This document shows, piece after piece, positions 18,360 through 28,403 of a stretch of DNA of 64,000 bases; the stretch's first letter is position 1, and the number at the start of each line of letters is the position of its first letter. The notes under the pieces were generated by a model, which was not told the origin of the DNA, made no database searches, and was given only the letters and a program-made list of their open reading frames with translations. The stretch comes from an uncultured Spirochaetota bacterium (GTDB taxonomy: Bacteria > Spirochaetota > Spirochaetia > SZUA-6 > Fen-1364). Where the stretch lies: NCBI GenBank assembly GCA_963781885.1, contig CAWAHW010000002.1, positions 320,001 through 384,000 of the forward strand, in the 5' to 3' direction. Position numbers and translations under genes: made by a program.

Positions 18360-20255
18360 ATGATGCAGATCAATGGCTCGTCCTTCATCGACGAACAAGG
18401 TCGGACGCTGATGCTTCGGGGCGTGAATCTCGGAGGATCGAGCAAGGTGCCCCGGGTGCCGGACGGGGCCACGCATCTGCGGAATGGATTCCTCGACCAT
18501 CGCTCCGTCTCCTTCATCGGCCGGCCGTTTCCGCTGGAAGAGGCAGACGAGCATTTCGCGCGCCTGCATTCATGGGGCATGCGATTCCTTCGCTTTCTCA
18601 TCACCTGGGAGGCAGTGGAGCACGCGGGACCGGGCATCTACGATGATGCCTACATCGCCTACGTCCACGACATCGTGGAGAAGGCGGCCGCGCACGGCAT
18701 CTCGCTTTTCATCGATCCGCACCAGGACATGTGGAGCAGGTGGACGGGCGGCGACGGCGCGCCGGGGTGGACGCTGGAGGCGGCAGGCTTCGATCCCGGC
18801 AGCCTCGATGAGACAGGGGCTGCCTTCACGCACCAGGGGCACGGCGACCCCTTTCCGCGCGTGACGTGGCCGGCCAATTCCGGCAAGCTCGCCACGGCCA
18901 CGATGTTCACCCTCTTTTTCGCCGGCAACATCCTCGCCCCGACGGTCCTCATCGACGGGGAGCGGGCACAGGACTACCTGCAACGCCATTACATCGACGC
19001 CATCTGCCGCGTCGCGCGGCGGCTCCGCGATCTGCCGAACGTGGTCGGCTATGGGACGATGAACGAGCCGCTGCCGGGCTACGTCGGCTGGAAGGACCTG
19101 GAGCGCACCGGCGGCCTCGTCACGATCGGGACCTGTCCCACGGGCCTGCAGGGCATGGCGCTCGGCGACGGGATCCCGCAGGACGTCGGCGTGTGGCGGA
19201 TGCGTGCGACCCGCATCGCGCGCGTGGGCACCGTGACGATGAACGCCGGGCGGCGTCGCGCGTGGGGTGACGGGACGGCGTGCATCTGGCGCCGGAGCGG
19301 CGTGTGGGACGTGGACGCGACGGGCCTGCCGCGTCTTCTGGCGCCCCGGTATTTCGTTGAATCGAACGGCCGACCCCTGGATTTCGGCCAGGACTTCTTC
19401 AAGCCTTTTGCGGAGAGATACCATCGCGCGATTTCCGCCGCCCATCCGGGAGCGCTCATATTCGTCGAGACGGAGGCATTCACGTGGCCGCCTGCATGGG
19501 CTGCTGGAGACGCGGCTGATTTCATCCTTGCGCCCCACTGGTACGACGAGCTTGTGCTCGCCAAGAGGCGCTACCTGTCCTTCGTCGCGCTGGAGTTTTC
19601 GTCGCACAAGGTGGCCCTCGGCAGGCGCGCCATCCGCCGCGCGTTCGCGCGCCAGCTCGCCTGGCTTCAGCAGGGGGCGCGCGAGCGGCTGGGGGGCGCG
19701 CCGGTCATACTCGGCGAGCTCGGCATCCCCTTCGACCTGCGCGGCATGCGCGCCCGGCAGTCGGGCGATTATCGACAGCAGGAGCGCGCCCTGGACCGCA
19801 GCTATCGCGCCGTGGAAGATCGTCTCCTTGGATGCACGCTCTGGAACTACACGGCGGACAACACCCGCGAGCGGGGCGATCAGTGGAACGGGGAGGACTT
19901 TTCCATCTACCGCCGCGACCCGCAATCGAGCTCATCCGGCGCCGACGACGGTGCCCGCGCAGCCCGCGCCTTTCAAAGGCCGTATCCGGTTGCAACCGCG
20001 GGCACGCCCCTTTGCCTGGAATACGACATGCGGCGGGGAAGGCTCACGTTCCGCTTCCGTCACGACCCGGTCGTGAACGCACCGACGGAGATATTCCTGC
20101 CGCGGCGCATGTACGGCGCGGGCTGCCGGGTGATCGTGAGTGACGGGACCTGGGAGCTTCAGCCCGGAAGCCAGACACTTCTCTACCATCACGATCCCCG
20201 GCAGCCCGTGCACGAGCTGCGCGTCCTGCCGGCCGGCCGCCGCGGGGGGAGGTAG
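18360..20255 (+). CDS. Glycoside hydrolase family 5, endoglycoceramidase/steryl-beta-glucosidase-like
   Basis: LRGVNLGGSSK, WEAVEHAGPG, DPHQDMWSR, NEP acid/base, GELG nucleophile, WNY, C-terminal RPYP beta domain. Confidence 0.88.
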   Translation: MMQINGSSFIDEQGRTLMLRGVNLGGSSKVPRVPDGATHLRNGFLDHRSVSFIGRPFPLEEADEHFARLHSWGMRFLRFLITWEAVEHAGPGIYDDAYIAYVHDIVEKAAAHGISLFIDPHQDMWSRWTGGDGAPGWTLEAAGFDPGSLDETGAAFTHQGHGDPFPRVTWPANSGKLATATMFTLFFAGNILAPTVLIDGERAQDYLQRHYIDAICRVARRLRDLPNVVGYGTMNEPLPGYVGWKDLERTGGLVTIGTCPTGLQGMALGDGIPQDVGVWRMRATRIARVGTVTMNAGRRRAWGDGTACIWRRSGVWDVDATGLPRLLAPRYFVESNGRPLDFGQDFFKPFAERYHRAISAAHPGALIFVETEAFTWPPAWAAGDAADFILAPHWYDELVLAKRRYLSFVALEFSSHKVALGRRAIRRAFARQLAWLQQGARERLGGAPVILGELGIPFDLRGMRARQSGDYRQQERALDRSYRAVEDRLLGCTLWNYTADNTRERGDQWNGEDFSIYRRDPQSSSSGADDGARAARAFQRPYPVATAGTPLCLEYDMRRGRLTFRFRHDPVVNAPTEIFLPRRMYGAGCRVIVSDGTWELQPGSQTLLYHHDPRQPVHELRVLPAGRRGGR

Positions 20256-20259
20256 CAGC

Positions 20260-21342
20260 ATGCGCATTGCAGGCAGAGAGCTCAGCCGCAAGGACATCGA
20301 ACGCCACGTGGGCAGCCTGCGGCAGATCGGTGGCGTGCGGCCCATCGAGCTGGTGGAAGGCAGGGCGCGGGGCGTCCGGTGCTTCCAGGTGGAGACGGGC
20401 TCGGGGCTCGGCTTCACGGTGGTTGCCGACAGGGGCCTCGACATAGCCGACTGCACCTTCAAGGGTGTGAACCTCGTCTATCATGCCCCGGGAGGCATCG
20501 CGCATCCCTCCTACCACGACCCGTCGGGCTCGGAGTGGCTGCGCGTCTTTTTCGGCGGCCTCCTCACCACGTGCGGTCTCACCTATTTCGGCGCCCCGGG
20601 CCGGGACGGCGCATCCGAGCTCGGTTTGCACGGAAGGTATTCGGCCCTGCCGGCGGCGCGCGTCTCCGACGACTCCCGCTGGGAGGGGGACGAGTACGTG
20701 CTTTCCGTCACTGGCTGCGTGGAGGAGGCCGTGCTCTTTGGTGACAGGCTGCGCCTGACGCGCAGCATCACCACCCATCTTGGATCGAAGAGCATCCGCA
20801 TCCTCGACCGGGTGGAGAACTTCGGCGCGAAAGAGTCTCCCTTCACGATCCTCTACCACGTGAATCCCGGGTACCCGCTTCTTGGTCCGGAAAGCAGGAT
20901 ATACGTCTCCACCACGGGCATCGAGCCCTATGACGAGCATGCGGCAGAGGGCCTCCCGGCGGCCGATACAGTGCAGGAGCCGGACCCCGCATATCGCGAG
21001 ATGAACTTCCTGCACACCGCGGCCGCCGATGCAGGAGGCTTTGCGCGCGCAGCGCTCGTCAACCGGGACCTTGCAGGAGGCCTGGGCCTCGCGCTGGCGT
21101 GGCGCATCGACAGTCTCCCGTTTCTCAGCGAATGGAAAATGCTCGCACCGGGAGAATACGTCGTGGGCCTGGAGCCCGTGAATACGAAGATCGCAAATCG
21201 CGCCGCGCTGCGCGCAGCCGGAAGGCTGCCCCTGCTCGCCGCGGGCGAATCGCGCACGATGGAGCTCGAGCTCAGCGTTTTGGAAGGGGATGAAATCGAT
21301 GGTTTCGCGGCGGAGGTGGCGCGGATCCGCGCCCGGGCGTAA
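20260..21342 (+). CDS. Aldose 1-epimerase-superfamily protein (DUF4432-like)
   Basis: DRGLDI, GGLLTTCG, LHGR, LYHVNPGYP, YVVGLEP. Confidence 0.85.
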   Translation: MRIAGRELSRKDIERHVGSLRQIGGVRPIELVEGRARGVRCFQVETGSGLGFTVVADRGLDIADCTFKGVNLVYHAPGGIAHPSYHDPSGSEWLRVFFGGLLTTCGLTYFGAPGRDGASELGLHGRYSALPAARVSDDSRWEGDEYVLSVTGCVEEAVLFGDRLRLTRSITTHLGSKSIRILDRVENFGAKESPFTILYHVNPGYPLLGPESRIYVSTTGIEPYDEHAAEGLPAADTVQEPDPAYREMNFLHTAAADAGGFARAALVNRDLAGGLGLALAWRIDSLPFLSEWKMLAPGEYVVGLEPVNTKIANRAALRAAGRLPLLAAGESRTMELELSVLEGDEIDGFAAEVARIRARA

Positions 21343-21351
21343 GGGGTCGAG

Positions 21352-21380
21352 TTGCCTTTCGCGCCGCGCGGTGCTACACT
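21352..21380 (+). promoter_or_regulatory. Sigma70-type promoter with extended -10
   Basis: TTGCCT-N17-TACACT, TG at the extended position. Confidence 0.65.
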
Positions 21381-21420
21381 TTTATGGCGGAAGCGGACGT
21401 GCTTCCGAACAGGAGAAAGA

Positions 21421-21468
21421 ATGGAACACGACGACAACAGTGGGTGGTGTCCTGTCGTGCCCGCCTAG
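21421..21468 (+). CDS. Putative 15-aa leader peptide MEHDDNSGWCPVVPA
   Basis: AGGAG 5 nt before the ATG; lies between the promoter and the membrane-protein gene; followed by a hairpin. Confidence 0.45.
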   Translation: MEHDDNSGWCPVVPA

Positions 21469-21516
21469 GGGATGAGCTTCATCTCCCGGCGGGCCTGCGC
21501 CGATCGGAGGTGGAGC

Positions 21517-22155
21517 ATGATGAAAAAAACGGCATTTCTCGACGTCTTCGTGGTGAGCGGTTTCATCACGGGTTTTTTCTATGGATTTCTGAATCCTCTG
21601 TACATCAGCATGATCCTTTCCCGTCTTGACGGCAGGATCATCGCCCTGGGGTCCTTCATGTCCTCCGCGTTCCCCGTGCTCGTGGGGGCGCTCCTGGGCA
21701 GCCGTCGGGTCTCCGCGCGTCTCTACGCGATTCTGCCGGTGGTCATGGTTCTGGAGCTCGCGGCAGCGGCAGGAGCCGCCCTGGTGGCGTTTTTCGACAT
21801 CGTTGCGTATTACCTGGTGTCGATGTTCGTCCTGGGCGTGTTCTCCTCCTGCGTCGTGTATCTGCTCCAGAAGATCAAGGAATCGCGCTATCGCCGCAAC
21901 CGCGCGGCATTCGATCGGCGCTGCGACATGGCCGACGCGCTCGGCCTGGTCCTCGGTTCCGCCTTGAGTCTCGTGGGAATGGGTTTTCTCACCAATCCGC
22001 GTGCCGTGGCCCTGGCTGGCTGCGCGCAGACGGCCGTCGTCTACGGCCTTTTCCTCATCCTGTACCGCAAGGTTCCCACCCGCAGGGAAAGGCGCGCGGA
22101 CGAGGAGGCCCACCCATGTGCGCCGCGCCTGAGCATGTTGCCAATTGCCGCGTGA
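21517..22155 (+). CDS. Uncharacterised membrane protein, about 6 TM (half-MFS-like)
   Basis: About six hydrophobic segments; SD GGAGG before ATG 21517. Confidence 0.72.
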   Translation: MMKKTAFLDVFVVSGFITGFFYGFLNPLYISMILSRLDGRIIALGSFMSSAFPVLVGALLGSRRVSARLYAILPVVMVLELAAAAGAALVAFFDIVAYYLVSMFVLGVFSSCVVYLLQKIKESRYRRNRAAFDRRCDMADALGLVLGSALSLVGMGFLTNPRAVALAGCAQTAVVYGLFLILYRKVPTRRERRADEEAHPCAPRLSMLPIAA

Positions 22156-22185
22156 GCGGCCTGACGTAAAGGAACGGGATGACTT

Positions 22186-24030
22186 TCAGAGACCCAGGAC
22201 CGCCAGGGCGTACTGCGTCTTTCCCAGCGGCGTGGAAAGCTGGACGCCTGCCACGGTGCCGCGAAGCGCCTCGAAAAGCTCGCGCGCGATGGCGGCCCCT
22301 TCTTCCAGGGCCGACTCTTTCGTGTCGCAGAGGCCCATGCGCGTGATGATGGAATCCGGCACCTCGACGCCCGGGACCTCGTTTTTCATGAACTCGGCCA
22401 TCCGCAGGCTCACGAGGGGCCAGATGCCCGATATGACCGGGATGCGGCGCAGCCCGCTCGCCTTGTCGAGGAAGCGGAAAAGAGGCGCCGCGTCGAAAAG
22501 GGGCTGCGTGATCACGAACTCCGCGCCCGCGTCCAGCTTCCACTTGAAGCGATCCAGCTCCCTCTCCGGGTTCAGGGCGCTCGGATTGAGCGCCACGCCA
22601 TAACAGAGCCCGATGGGACCCCCGACGGGGTTGTGGCCCAGGTCAAAGCCGTGGTTGAGCTGGTTCACCATGTTGCAGAGGCCGATGGCATCGATATCGA
22701 ACACGGCCGTGGCGTCAGGATACGTGCCCATATTCGGCGGATCGCCCGTGACGAGCAGAAGGTTCCGTATGCCCAGCGCATGCGCGCCCAGTATTTCGGC
22801 CTGGAGCGCGAGCAGGTTCTTGTCCTTGCAGGTGACGTGGGGGATCGTCTCGATGCCCGCCCGCGTCTGGATCACGGCAGAGGCGGCCACGGCCCCCATC
22901 TTGGCCTGGGCGCGCGGGCTGTCGGGCACATTGACGGCGTCGATGCCTTTCTCTTTCAGGGTCTTCGCGCTCGCCACGAGCTTCTCAAGATCGAAGCCCT
23001 TCGGCGGAACGAGCTCCACGCAGGACACGAAATCCCCCCGGGCAAGGCGCGCCGCCCACCCGCTTTTCTTTTCCAGCGGAATGGGGTCCATCGCGCGATC
23101 GTCCAGCACGAAGCTGATGCGCTCCTTTGGCAGGCCGGGGGTGAGGGCGCGTATCTCGCTGCGCATCTCGCGGATGTGCGCCGGCGTCGTGCCGCAGCAT
23201 CCCCCGACGATGAGCACGCCGGTCTGGATCATGCGCTTCGCGTACCGTGCCATGTAGCGCGGCGTGGTCTGGTAGATGTTGCGTCCGTCGACATTGACGG
23301 GAACGCCCGCGTTGGGCTGGACGCAGAGCGGCCGGCGGGCGACGCGGATCATTCTTTCGGCGGTCTCCAGCATGATGCGCGGACCGCCCGTGCAGTTCAG
23401 GCCGATGACGTCCGGTGCAAGGGCGTCCAGCGCCGCCGTGAACGCCTCCGGCTCCGTGCCGTACAGCGACGTGCCTTCACCGTTGATCGTGAGGGAGGCC
23501 ACGAGCGGCAGGCTGCACGCAGCGCGCACGCCGCGGATGGCCGCCGTGAGCTCCGCCACGTCCACGAATGTCTCCAGCACGATGAGGTCCGCGCCCGCCG
23601 CCGCTAGGTGCCCCGCCTGCTGGCGAAACAGCTCCTGCGCTTCTTCAACGGAGAGGGCGCCCAGCGGCGACAGCTTCATCCCGAGCGGCCCGATGGATCC
23701 CGCGATCCAGGTGGAGTCCGCGCGCCGCGACTCCTCGATGGCCTGCCGCGCGAGCCGCACGGCCTGCTCGTTGATGGCGGCGAAACGGTCCGCGAGCCCG
23801 GCGGCGCGCAGCTTCGGGATGCCGGCGCCCCAGCTGTTTGTCGTGATCACGTCGGCGCCCGCCTCCAGGTAGTCGTGGTGGATGCCGAGCACGACGCGCG
23901 GATCGGAGAGGCACACCTCCTCGAAGACGCGGTTCAGGAAGATGCCGCGCTCGTAGAGCATGGTGCCCATGGCGCCGTCGAAGAGGATGGTTTCCCGCCT
24001 TTCCAGGCGGGTGGCAAAATCGACTTTCAT
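22186..24030 (-). CDS. yitJ: Bifunctional homocysteine S-methyltransferase / methylenetetrahydrofolate reductase (YitJ-like)
   Basis: DGAMGT, GLNC, GGCCGTTPAHI; C-terminal MTHFR ELVPPKG, TGDPP, FVITQP. Confidence 0.92.
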   Translation of the reverse strand: MKVDFATRLERRETILFDGAMGTMLYERGIFLNRVFEEVCLSDPRVVLGIHHDYLEAGADVITTNSWGAGIPKLRAAGLADRFAAINEQAVRLARQAIEESRRADSTWIAGSIGPLGMKLSPLGALSVEEAQELFRQQAGHLAAAGADLIVLETFVDVAELTAAIRGVRAACSLPLVASLTINGEGTSLYGTEPEAFTAALDALAPDVIGLNCTGGPRIMLETAERMIRVARRPLCVQPNAGVPVNVDGRNIYQTTPRYMARYAKRMIQTGVLIVGGCCGTTPAHIREMRSEIRALTPGLPKERISFVLDDRAMDPIPLEKKSGWAARLARGDFVSCVELVPPKGFDLEKLVASAKTLKEKGIDAVNVPDSPRAQAKMGAVAASAVIQTRAGIETIPHVTCKDKNLLALQAEILGAHALGIRNLLLVTGDPPNMGTYPDATAVFDIDAIGLCNMVNQLNHGFDLGHNPVGGPIGLCYGVALNPSALNPERELDRFKWKLDAGAEFVITQPLFDAAPLFRFLDKASGLRRIPVISGIWPLVSLRMAEFMKNEVPGVEVPDSIITRMGLCDTKESALEEGAAIARELFEALRGTVAGVQLSTPLGKTQYALAVLGL

Positions 24031-24049
24031 TATTCCTCCGCGGAATGCG

Positions 24050-26377
24050 TCAGGAACGGCCGGCCCGTGCCGCCGCGCCCGCGTTTTTTTCCTTGTGTGT
24101 CACCCGCATGTCGGCTGCCGCGGCCACCAGGGCGCGGAGGGCAGGCTCCACTTCCTTCCACTGGCGCGTCTTCAGGCCGCAGTCGGGGTTGACCCAGAGC
24201 TGCTCCGCCGGCAGGACCTCCAGCGCTTTTGTGAGGAGCCCGTGTATCTCCTGCTCCGTCGGAACGCGCGGCGAGTGGATGTCGTAGACGCCGGGACCGA
24301 TCTCGTTCGGGTAGCGGAAGCTCTTGAAGGCGCCCAGCAGCTCCATGCGCGACCTTGCCGATTCGATGGAAAGCACGTCGGCGTCCATGGCTGCGATGGA
24401 AGGCAGGATCTCGTTGAACTCCGAGTAGCACATGTGGGTGTGGATCTGCGTGGCATCCGCGACGCCCGAGGATGCCAGGCGGAAGCTCTCCACCGCCCAT
24501 TCCAAGTAGGCCGCGCGGTCCGCCGCGCGCAGGGGAAGCCCTTCCCGCAGGGCGGGCTCGTCGATCTGGATGATGCGGATGCCGGCCGCTTCCAGGTCCG
24601 TCACTTCGTCCCGGATGGCAAGGGCGATCTGCCGGCAGGTGGCGGCGCGCGGCTGGTCGTCCCGCACGAACGACCACTGGAGGATCGTCACCGGTCCCGT
24701 GAGCATGCCCTTCATCGGCCGCGAAGTGAGGGACTGGGCGTAGGCGGACCAGCGCACCGTCATGGGCGCGGGACGCTCCACGTCGCCGTAGATGACCGGG
24801 GGCTTCACGCAGCGGGAGCCATAGCTCTGCACCCAGCCGTTCTTCGTGAAGGCGAAACCGGAAAGCATCTCGCCGAAGTATTCCACCATGTCAGTGCGCT
24901 CGCTCTCGCCGTGGACAAGGACGTCCAGGCCCATCTCTTCCTGCGTGCGCACCGTGCGCGCGATCTCCTGCTCGAGGAAGCGCTCGTAGTCCTCCCGGGA
25001 GATGTTTCCGCGGCGGAAATCGGCCCGGTGGGCGCGCACGTCACCCGTCTGCGGGAAGCTGCCGATGGTGGTCGTCGGGAAGAGGGGGAGCTTGATGGTG
25101 GCGGATTGAATCGTGCGGCGGTCCTCGTAGGGCGTGCCGCGGCGCGACATGGCCGGCGTGAGGGATGCGATCCGCGCCCGCACCGCCGCTCGCGTCACGC
25201 GCGGAGAAGCCGCGCGGCTTTGGAGCGCGCGCGTGTTCGCCTGAAGCGCGGCGCTCACGCTTGCGCCGCCGTTGTTGAGCGCCTTCGCGATGACGGCAAT
25301 CTCGTCGACCTTCTGCCGCGCAAATGACAGCCAGCCCCGCAGCTCGGGGTCCAGCTCCGTTTCAAGCTGGAGGTCCTCGGGACAATGCAGGAGCGAGCAG
25401 GAGGGCGCCACGATGAGACGATCCGGACCCAGAGCCCCCGCGACTTTCTCCGCGGTCCGCAGAGCCGCCCCGAGGTCCGCCTTCCAGATGTTGCGGCCGT
25501 CCACGAGACCGAGCGACACCGCGATGTCCCGCGGTTTCGCGGCGACGATCGCCTCTGCCTGCCCCGGTCCTCGGACCAGGTCCAGATGCAGTCCTGCCAC
25601 GGGCAGCTTCAGGACCAGATCCATATTCTCCTTGAGATCGCCAAAATAGGTCGTGAGCATGATCCGCACGGATGACGCCCTTGCCAGGCGGCCATAGACG
25701 TCGGCAAAGGCCTTTTTCCTGCGTGCATCGAGGTCGGTGACGAGCACGGGCTCGTCCATCTGCACCCACATCGCGCCTTGGGAAGCGAGCCTCTTCAGCG
25801 CCTCTTCATATACCGGGAGGACCGCATCGAGCAGGTCCAAGGGATTCGACCTGCCATCGGCGGACTTTGCCAGGGAGAGGAACGTCACGGGGCCCAGGAG
25901 CACCGGCCGCGTGTCGATCCCGAGCGACCTCGCCTCGACAAAATGATCGATCACCCGGGTCGAGGAGAGCGTGAAGCGCATGCGCGGCTCGACTTCCGGA
26001 ACGATGTAATGGTAATTCGTATCGAACCACTTCGTCATTTCCAGTGCCGGCACGTCGACGCCCGCTTCCTGGCGCCCGCGTGCCATGGCGAAATACACCG
26101 GCAGGCCGACGACCCCCGCGGGCGCCCCGTAGCGGGCGGGCACCGCGCCGAGCATGACGGCCGTGTCGAGCACGTGGTCGTACAGGGAGAAGTCCCCCGA
26201 GGGCACGAAGGTGATGCCGGCATCGCGCACGGTCTTCCAGTGATGCGCGCGGATCTGCGCCGTTTCCTCGTGCAACGCCTGTTCGCCGATCTGGGACGCC
26301 CAGTATCGCTCCAGTGCCCTCTTCAGCTCACGCCCCGCGCCGATCCGCGGGTACCCCAGCAAAGCGGTTTGTATCAT
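24050..26377 (-). CDS. metE: Cobalamin-independent methionine synthase
   Basis: LGYPRIG, KWFDTNYHYIVPE, TTIGSFPQT, HTHMCYSEF, WVNPDCGLKTR. Confidence 0.97.
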   Translation of the reverse strand: MIQTALLGYPRIGAGRELKRALERYWASQIGEQALHEETAQIRAHHWKTVRDAGITFVPSGDFSLYDHVLDTAVMLGAVPARYGAPAGVVGLPVYFAMARGRQEAGVDVPALEMTKWFDTNYHYIVPEVEPRMRFTLSSTRVIDHFVEARSLGIDTRPVLLGPVTFLSLAKSADGRSNPLDLLDAVLPVYEEALKRLASQGAMWVQMDEPVLVTDLDARRKKAFADVYGRLARASSVRIMLTTYFGDLKENMDLVLKLPVAGLHLDLVRGPGQAEAIVAAKPRDIAVSLGLVDGRNIWKADLGAALRTAEKVAGALGPDRLIVAPSCSLLHCPEDLQLETELDPELRGWLSFARQKVDEIAVIAKALNNGGASVSAALQANTRALQSRAASPRVTRAAVRARIASLTPAMSRRGTPYEDRRTIQSATIKLPLFPTTTIGSFPQTGDVRAHRADFRRGNISREDYERFLEQEIARTVRTQEEMGLDVLVHGESERTDMVEYFGEMLSGFAFTKNGWVQSYGSRCVKPPVIYGDVERPAPMTVRWSAYAQSLTSRPMKGMLTGPVTILQWSFVRDDQPRAATCRQIALAIRDEVTDLEAAGIRIIQIDEPALREGLPLRAADRAAYLEWAVESFRLASSGVADATQIHTHMCYSEFNEILPSIAAMDADVLSIESARSRMELLGAFKSFRYPNEIGPGVYDIHSPRVPTEQEIHGLLTKALEVLPAEQLWVNPDCGLKTRQWKEVEPALRALVAAAADMRVTHKEKNAGAAARAGRS

Positions 26378-26387
26378 AGGTGAAAGT

Positions 26388-26417
26388 AAGATAGGCACGT
26401 GAAGCGTTGGCAGTCAA
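26388..26417 (-). promoter_or_regulatory. Sigma70-type promoter of metE, 10 nt from the ATG
   Basis: TTGACT-N18-TATCTT-N10-ATG; no SD. Confidence 0.55.
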
Positions 26418-26544
26418 CGGAAACCGGGCCGTGCCTCGCCGCCTTTTCATCGCCTTCCGTGCGGCACAGGTCCTGCAATGGCGGCGCTGCGCCGGGCATG
26501 CGGCGGCGCGTCGTCAGCTCCGCGCTGAAATGGACGGCCTGCGT

Positions 26545-27399
26545 CTAGAATGAGGTGACGGCCTCCAGGGGAACAGCGGGATAGACCTGCCCCGGCACCG
26601 GCGGCATCGGATTGTACACCCAGTCGATTTCCGCGCACCCGCAGGCGAAGCCGCCCAGACGGCGGATGCCCTTGTACGTTCCCCGCACCAGGACGTCCTC
26701 CATGTTGAGCGTCATGCCGAAAATGGCAAGCGGGGCGCCTGCCGGTATCTCTTCCAGCTCTTCGCGATAGGCACGGAGCGAAAAGATGACCCGGTCATGG
26801 GATGCCGTCTGCGCCTGCAGAATGGGGACGATGCGCGGGAATCCATCCGCTCCAATCCACGAGGCAAACTTCAGATTCCCCATCTTGCCCAGCAGCGTAC
26901 GCGTCCACGGGTTGAGGGCCTTGCAGCCTCGGGAAGCGCCGGCGGCTGCACGCGCTGCGGCTGTTGCCAGGGAGGCTGCGACGATGCGTCCCATGGGCAG
27001 GCTCTCCCTGCCCCCGTGCGACACGAGATCGAGATAGTAGACCGTGTGGATTCCGAAATAGGCGTTGTAGCGGAACATCGGCTCGTTGTTGTAGTCGTCG
27101 TAGTCGGGACCCGCCTTCTCCGTGTGGGTATAGACGGCCTGTCCGCGCCATAGCTCCCGCTGGAGCGTCATGGCGAGAAAGCCCGTCTTGGGGTTTCTGC
27201 CGACATTGCCCTTGCTCGTGCCCTCGGTGAATTGCCCGAACGAAAGCCGTCTGGAGGAGGCCGCGCGGATGCTGCTCAGGAGCGTGAGGTGGGGGAGCCC
27301 GGCGTCGTTCACCGTGGCAAGCATGCCGATCTTCATCGCCGGCCGGAGCCCTTCGATGTCTGCGTCCTGGAATGTCGTCTGCTGCTTTTCTCCGCTCAT
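26545..27399 (-). CDS. Tandem pyridoxamine-5'-phosphate-oxidase-like (split-barrel) protein
   Basis: Two similar halves: KIGMLATVNDAGLPHLTLL... and LKFASWIGADGFPRIVPI...; ATGA overlap with the activase stop. Confidence 0.75.
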   Translation of the reverse strand: MSGEKQQTTFQDADIEGLRPAMKIGMLATVNDAGLPHLTLLSSIRAASSRRLSFGQFTEGTSKGNVGRNPKTGFLAMTLQRELWRGQAVYTHTEKAGPDYDDYNNEPMFRYNAYFGIHTVYYLDLVSHGGRESLPMGRIVAASLATAAARAAAGASRGCKALNPWTRTLLGKMGNLKFASWIGADGFPRIVPILQAQTASHDRVIFSLRAYREELEEIPAGAPLAIFGMTLNMEDVLVRGTYKGIRRLGGFACGCAEIDWVYNPMPPVPGQVYPAVPLEAVTSF

Positions 27400-28403
27400 G
27401 ATCGTACGGTCTCCTCTATCTCGGTATGCGCCGGCCGCGTGGCGCCGGTGACGGCGACGCGCGATGGATCCACGCCCGACGCCCGCGCCCATCCTGCAAT
27501 CTCTTCGAGCTGCGATGTTTCGTACAACGGAGTTTCCGCGTACGCCCACTCCATTCCCAGCCGCCGGTACTGCTCCCGGCAGAGGTTGTTGAACGCGCAC
27601 AGCTCCCATCGCTCCAGCATGCCGTCCAGGTGCCGCGCGATGAAACGCCCGATGCCGTTGAGATTCTCCCGTGTCGCCGTTGCGCCGGGAATCAACGGCG
27701 TCCGAATCCAGAGCCGTACCCCCGCTTCCCCCGTCTCCCGGAGCCTTCGCGCAAGGAGCATGTTTTGCAGGATGGGCTCGTTCGGTTGGCCGGTGAAGGC
27801 GATGTGGGATTCCCGGTCCATGATCTTCAGGTCGAAGAGGAGGACATCAGCCTCGTTCAGCGCCCGCGTGAAAACGTCCGCGGCGGCGAATCCGCAGGTA
27901 TCAAGCGCCGTGCCGATGCCCTTTTCCTTGAGACGCCGCAGGAGCGCAGTCGTAAAAACAGACTGGGCAAGCGGCTCTCCGCCCGAAAGCGTCACCCCGC
28001 CACCCGACGATTCGTAGTAGGCCCTGTCCTTGGAAAGCTCCTCCACCAGCGCCGGAACGCTTACCCGTCTGCCCAGGAGCTCCAGCGCATTGGTCGGGCA
28101 TTCCTCGACGCAGGCGCCGCAGCCGTCGCAGCGCGCGCGATCCAGGAGGAATCCAGTGGGGCCGAAGGAGATGCAGCGGGTCGGGCAGGCCTTTTCACAC
28201 GAATGACAGCCCATGCAGCGCGTGGCATACCACTGAAGCTGCGGCTGGCCGGAGATGCTCTCGGGGTTGTGGCACCAGCGGCAGGAGAGCGGGCATCGCT
28301 TGAAAAAGACCGTCGAGCGTATCCCGGGGCCGTCCTCCGTCGAGAGGCGCTGGACGTGGAGGATGAGACCGGTGGGCTCGCCTTCGGCTTGCACGCTGCT
28401 CAC
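27396..28403 (-). CDS. Glycyl-radical enzyme activating protein (radical SAM with 2x[4Fe-4S] insert)
   Basis: EDGPGIRSTVFFK, CPLSCRWCHNPES, CMGCHSCEKACP, CDGCGACVEECP, SGGEP, RTPLIPG; GTG start overlaps the GRE stop. Confidence 0.93.
   Translation of the reverse strand: MSSVQAEGEPTGLILHVQRLSTEDGPGIRSTVFFKRCPLSCRWCHNPESISGQPQLQWYATRCMGCHSCEKACPTRCISFGPTGFLLDRARCDGCGACVEECPTNALELLGRRVSVPALVEELSKDRAYYESSGGGVTLSGGEPLAQSVFTTALLRRLKEKGIGTALDTCGFAAADVFTRALNEADVLLFDLKIMDRESHIAFTGQPNEPILQNMLLARRLRETGEAGVRLWIRTPLIPGATATRENLNGIGRFIARHLDGMLERWELCAFNNLCREQYRRLGMEWAYAETPLYETSQLEEIAGWARASGVDPSRVAVTGATRPAHTEIEETVRS

Noticed and set aside
26378-26544. SAM or cobalamin riboswitch upstream of metE
   Set aside because: No recognisable conserved core, and the promoter sits next to the ATG. 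Rfam cmscan would be decisive.
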